A stretch of 64,000 bases of DNA from NCBI GenBank assembly GCA_905250005.1, contig CAJNOH010000668.1, forward strand, positions 1-64,000, in the 5' to 3' direction. The notes below the pieces were generated by a model. It made no database searches and was not told the DNA's origin. It saw nothing but the letters and a program-made list of their open reading frames with translations. Within the stretch, counting starts at the first letter, position 1. Every line of letters starts with the position of its first letter. This document shows positions 59,617 through 64,000 of the stretch, in pieces. Made by a program: the position numbers and the translations under genes. Source of the DNA: Rotaria sordida (taxonomy: Eukaryota).

Positions 59617-60452
59617 CTACAAGATGACGGATGTGGTATATGATAAACTATAGATAAGTTTCGTTAGTTGAAAAGCAAAGTAATATTCGAGGGAACTTAA
59701 GTATTGAACAGACAAGAAGCCCAATATATAAACTGTAGCTAATGGTGTAGAAAGTAAAATATGGGAAATCACTTGGACAAATAGCATGCGAGCAAGTTGA
59801 TGTTCAGTACGACGGAATCGTGTAGATGTAATAGGAACAACACGAACTGCCTTTGCATTGTATATGGTCAGGATACCGAAGATTAGCATTAGAAATGGAG
59901 GAATAAAGCTTAAGAGAACTGCTTGAATAATCGGATATATACGCCTATAAACTGTTGTTGGTAAAATGCAGCATAGAATCGCTTGACCTGGTTGTATATT
60001 GAGCAGTACCAGAGAACTAATGAAGAAAAGAGCGATAAAGGTGAAGACAAATAAAATAGACCATCGAGCAACAGACAAATTGCTAAGATGTCGTCGTTGA
60101 AAATTTGATGAACTAACACAATATCGATCGATCAAAGCTAGTACAATTAAATACGGTGACACTACGAGAGATACTGTTGAATATAGAGAATAACTTTACA
60201 CCATAATTGAGAATTGCTAGTTGGATCTATTTGATAGCTAAGGGATAAAAGATTAAACATGAGAAGAAAGATTGAGAAGAACAAATTGTTACTAGCAAGT
60301 GCGAGAAAATAATGAGAACATGGATGATTGTACAATACAGATTTTCTAAGCACAATTATATTGAGCAGATTTCCGATGATTCCGATCACCATACTGGGAT
60401 GTACGGTTATTCGTGTGAGTAGAGCAATGAGTTGAACATATGAATTCATCAT
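59617..60452 (-). pseudogene. Rhodopsin-like GPCR split into two overlapping ORFs by a 1-nt frameshift at ~60162, within TM3 just before the DRY motif. Possible pseudogene or sequencing error.
   Basis: ORF 60162-60452: MMNSYVQLIALLTRITVHPSMVIGIIGNLLNIIVLRKS...WCKVILYIQQYLS*. ORF 59617-60162: (V)SPYLIVLALIDRYCVSS...AVRVVPITSTRFRRTEHQLARMLFVQVISHILLSTPLATVY... The conserved GNxxN in TM1, C in ECL1, DRY after TM3 and a basic ICL3 are all present. The two frames abut at 60162. Confidence 0.6.
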
Positions 60453-62905
60453 CAGATTTTTGTGTCTATTGAGTTGATCTGAAGAATATGAAACGTTTCT
60501 TACTTTAAAATATTTCTTAGTTTCATAAGTTATTTATTATTGAATCTGATCATAAAACCAACTTACAGATCTTTTTGCTTAGGAGAAAAAATTATTTTCA
60601 TTCAGTCATTGAAAACGATAGGATTACATGACTTTCACAAAAATCTTACAATTTCTGTCTCATATGGTAACAAGAAAATAAAGCTTCAAGACTAGAGTCT
60701 CGTATAAAACCAAAAACAAAACATTCTTCTAGTTCCGATGAAACCATATCCTACTGTGCAATTGTTGTTTACACTAGAGTATGTTTTATCATGTATTTTT
60801 TAATGGAATAGTCCTTGAATATTCAAAACAAAAACCAGATTTAGTTATGGGCGATTTCAAAAGTCTTCTCCCAAGTTTCGCTGACTAAATATTTTTCTCA
60901 TATAAAGAAACAATTATATAATGCTACATTTTTTTTTATTAAACTCAAACAACTATTCTCTTTGTTCCTGAAGAGTTCTATTCAAGCAAGTCAGAAAATA
61001 ATTTGTTACTATAAATTTCTTTTTACTTTCTGAAGGAGAATTACTTCTTAAGATTTCTCATATTTTTTTCTTAATTTATAAGGTAGATTTTTATCTCATG
61101 TACAGTGCTGGTCAATGAAATTTTCTGCCGTTGTATTTTTTTGTTTTTTATTACCATAGTTCTTTTATTTATTAACCTATTGTATATAGAAAGAAAACTC
61201 GAAACGCATTGCATTTGTTGATGTATTTATGTTGAAAATTAAATGCAATTAAAAGTGTAGAGACTATATTAGAAAGAAAAAATGACATTTTCTTTTCTAT
61301 AGGGTGTTCATAATGTTTTGACATTTTTTTTTATTTCGCATATATCTCAGCTTGAGAGAACGATGAGTTGTTGTATTTCTTCTTAAAAGATGAGCTGTTG
61401 TGAAAGTTCTACAAAAGTTGTATATTCCAAGTCTTACAACGAATCAGAAAAGTATTCGAAACATTTCCAGTAGAATAGGTAATGACATTGTTATACAAGT
61501 TGTTTATTTTGAATATGAGAAGAAAACATTAGAGCAGATAAAAAGAATTTTTTTGGATGAAAATTCAAGAGTATATTGTTTACCTGCGTCACGATATATG
61601 CGAAATAGAAAATGTCATAACATTCTGGGCATCCTGTAGAAAAAAAAATGTGTCATTTTTTTCTAATATATTTTTTACACTTCTAACTACATTTGATATT
61701 TAACATAAATACACCAAAAGATGTAGCACGTAGAAGGCTTTCTTTCTATATATATAGTACGTTAATCAACAAAAGAACAGTAGTAATAAGAAACAAAAAT
61801 AAAATAAAGAGGGACAATTTAATTAGCCCGTACTGTAGATTTAATCATCAGTTTTATCTTAAATTTTCATCAGCTAAATTTACTGACATATGTAGGACTG
61901 AGAATGCTTAGGGTGCACTGACGTAAAAAAAACTCTTGCATGAGTGTTTCATTCACCATTATTATTATAAAAAGAAAAATGTGCACAGATAACGAATGAA
62001 ATATTATATTAATTACAATTGCTCATAAAAATCCATGGAGAACATATTCACATACATTGAGTTTTATTGAAATTTACATTTTTGAAAAACTTTGTTTCAT
62101 AAAGTTTTGTTTTTTCATCACATGTTTATAAATATCACTGGTCAAGAAATAGAGATGTCTCAAAAATCCAGCGCAACAATTCATGTATTTCAATTTTATC
62201 CTTTCATTTGAGCTATAGTTTCAGCTAGGGAATTGAAACTTACAATATTATACATCTCGGCTAGACATCTAGGTAATAAAAACTTCAGACTCCTTCGTTG
62301 AGTAAAATGCTGATTCGTCCAATATCATTTATAATGAAGGATTATTTCTATGATGTTGAATTACTGTGTTTGCAACATGCTGTATGTTGCATATATTCCA
62401 GCAATGATGAATGATAAAAAACTTGATTTTTTTTTCAAAAGATGTGCCATGAAAAGTTTTACAAAAAATGCCGGATCAAATTTCAACTTACATGTTTTGA
62501 TGATTTTTCCTATAGCCAACATAAAGCTTCTAAATATTATTGCTGCTTACCATCGTATTTATAGTAATAACAATTTTCGGAAGACTTTTTTCATTTTGCA
62601 TACATCTCATCTTTAGAAGACAACAAAATCTTAATCTTTTTTTTTTCAACAAATGCGTCATCGAAAGCTCTACAAAAACTGAATGAAGAAACCTCTATTG
62701 CCTTACTCGGATGATTTTTTTCTAGATAGTCAGAAGTGAAGATTTAGGTTATGTTGTTATTGGATGTTCAAAAATGTTTGCAACATATCTTATTTTGCAA
62801 ATATCTGTGCAAAGACAAATGATAAAGTTTTGATTTTTTTTTCTTCAAAATATAAAGCATAAAAAGTTCTACAAAACTTGTAAGAACACATACTTATCGA
62901 CTTAG

Positions 62906-62957
62906 GGCGGGGATGTGGATGATCACAAGATTGATGTCCACATCCATACCCACACAC
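62906..62957. repeat. Inverted telomeric-repeat pair: gggcggggatgtggatg ... tccacatccatacccacacac.
   Basis: Read directly in the sequence. Confidence 0.75.
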
Positions 62958-63334
62958 TTCCGTCACATGTTTCATATCGCTTATACGATGCGCTTGCAAA
63001 ATGCATCAAAGTTATTTGTCATAGAAAAGAATGATGTCATAAAACTAAGAAAAACAAAAGTCCAAAGATCTTTTTGACGAATAAAGTTGATTATTTTATA
63101 CTTTTCGAATTTTATTTGTACGTCATTGACCAAACTTTATGACACATGTTTGTTGAAAGAAAACAAGATATTATCTATTGTTGTATGTATCTCATAAAGA
63201 TGCTTGCGACTGCTATACAAAAAACTGAGTGTGTTTTAATGTGAAAAAAGAAACGAATGATTATCTAATCTTTTTACCTATTTAAAGAGAATATTTTTCT
63301 CTCCATTCGTTTATAACTTGTACCAATGCATTAG

Positions 63335-64000
63335 ATGGATATTTATTCAGAAGACGATTATGTCATAGTATCCTGTATACTAGAAGATAGACAAATAAAT
63401 TCAACATCAACAGATACTTTACTAACGATTTCAAACCAGTTAAATATTTCTCAATCAAAGGCAACTTCTAACAAAGCAGATCATCATATTTTTCGCGTTC
63501 ACTGTCTTTCAACAAATAAAACTTTAAAAGACAAGAAGTACACTTCAGTGGATGATATTAAAAAGGATGTTTTTGCCTTATTCAAAGACGGAACATTCAA
63601 TGATGACAATAGTATTCTGACATACATAGACAGCAGTAATGTTGAAGTTCCATTAACTTCCGTGCCTGACTTACCTCAAAAAGGCTATTCTCAAGATTTA
63701 TTTATCAGATTCGTATGTATTTTGTTCAAGAACTATTGAATTAAATATAGTTATAATTTCGTTTATAGATTAATCCTGCTTGTCCTTTGTGTTCAAATTC
63801 TTTTGGTATTGTTGATCGTCAACGACTGTTTCAATGTTCGAATGTTAAATGTGGTGAACAGTATTGTAGCCATTGTGTTCAAGCTATTCAAGGTTTACCT
63901 CCTAAACATCCATTCGTATGCATTAGTTGCAAAAATTATGTAACTCCGCAACATAATGTCTTAATTGAGAAGTATATAATCTGGGAGAGGATGTATAAGT
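63335..64000 (+). CDS. 5' part of a multi-exon gene running off the window. Exon 1 (63335-~63715) encodes an N-terminal globular region. After a gtatgt...tag intron, exon 2 (~63768-) encodes a Cys-rich zinc-finger-like region (CPLCSNSF...CSNVKCGEQYCSHCVQAIQG...CISCKNY).
   Basis: ORF 63335-63739 followed by a donor-like gtatgtattttg and an acceptor tttatag at ~63767. The next frame is open to the window end with regularly spaced Cys/His. Confidence 0.4.

Overview
AT-rich (~30-35% GC) metazoan-type genomic DNA with short introns that use gtaagt/gtatgt donors. The window is punctuated about every 1-15 kb by short islands of the hexamer TGTGGG/CCCACA, the telomeric repeat described for bdelloid rotifers such as Adineta and Philodina. 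Almost every island is an inverted pair: a G-strand block, then a 0-40 bp spacer, then a C-strand block. Read on the + strand, each inter-island segment therefore starts with (CCCACA)n and ends with (TGTGGG)n, as if telomere-capped linear fragments had been concatenated. I read this as a gene-rich subtelomeric or accessory region of a bdelloid rotifer.

Genes I can support from the sequence:
- a multi-exon vault-PARP (PARP4)-like gene with BRCT, WGR, PARP regulatory and catalytic, VIT and vWA domains;
- downstream acidic and proline-rich exons that include a tandemly duplicated exon-intron unit;
- an orphan Hsp70 substrate-binding-domain gene with no nucleotide-binding domain;
- a GC-rich (~60% GC), bacterial-like short-chain dehydrogenase fragment carrying a frameshift;
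- a small multi-pass membrane protein gene;
- two rhodopsin-like GPCRs, one of them frameshifted;
- a single-exon FAD-dependent monooxygenase;
- a ZZ-zinc-finger, adenylation, thiolation, reductase gene (an NRPS-like carboxylic-acid-reductase architecture);
- an ADP-ribosyltransferase (R-S-E type) plus TPR protein;
- an SDR9C-like dehydrogenase interrupted by two in-frame stops;
- a hypothetical gene bracketed by telomeric-repeat palindromes;
- a cysteine-rich secreted protein;
- a partial zinc-finger gene at the window end.

Repeats and mobile DNA:
- a 3.2 kb array of a strictly 93-bp monomer (~34 copies) with a decayed flank;
- a 1 kb non-autonomous hAT-like transposon with Ac-like TIRs (CAGGGATG...) and an 8-bp TSD;
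- several foldback or MITE-like inverted repeats;
- a complex ~220-bp repeat;
- low-complexity blocks.

No tRNA, rRNA or CRISPR was found.

The most interesting signals are (i) the telomere-capped segmental architecture and (ii) a compact set of horizontally-acquired-looking enzymes (FAD monooxygenase, ZZ-A-T-R reductase, SDRs, ART-TPR). Each sits in its own telomeric-repeat-bounded segment and together they could form an undescribed small-molecule or ADP-ribosylation system.
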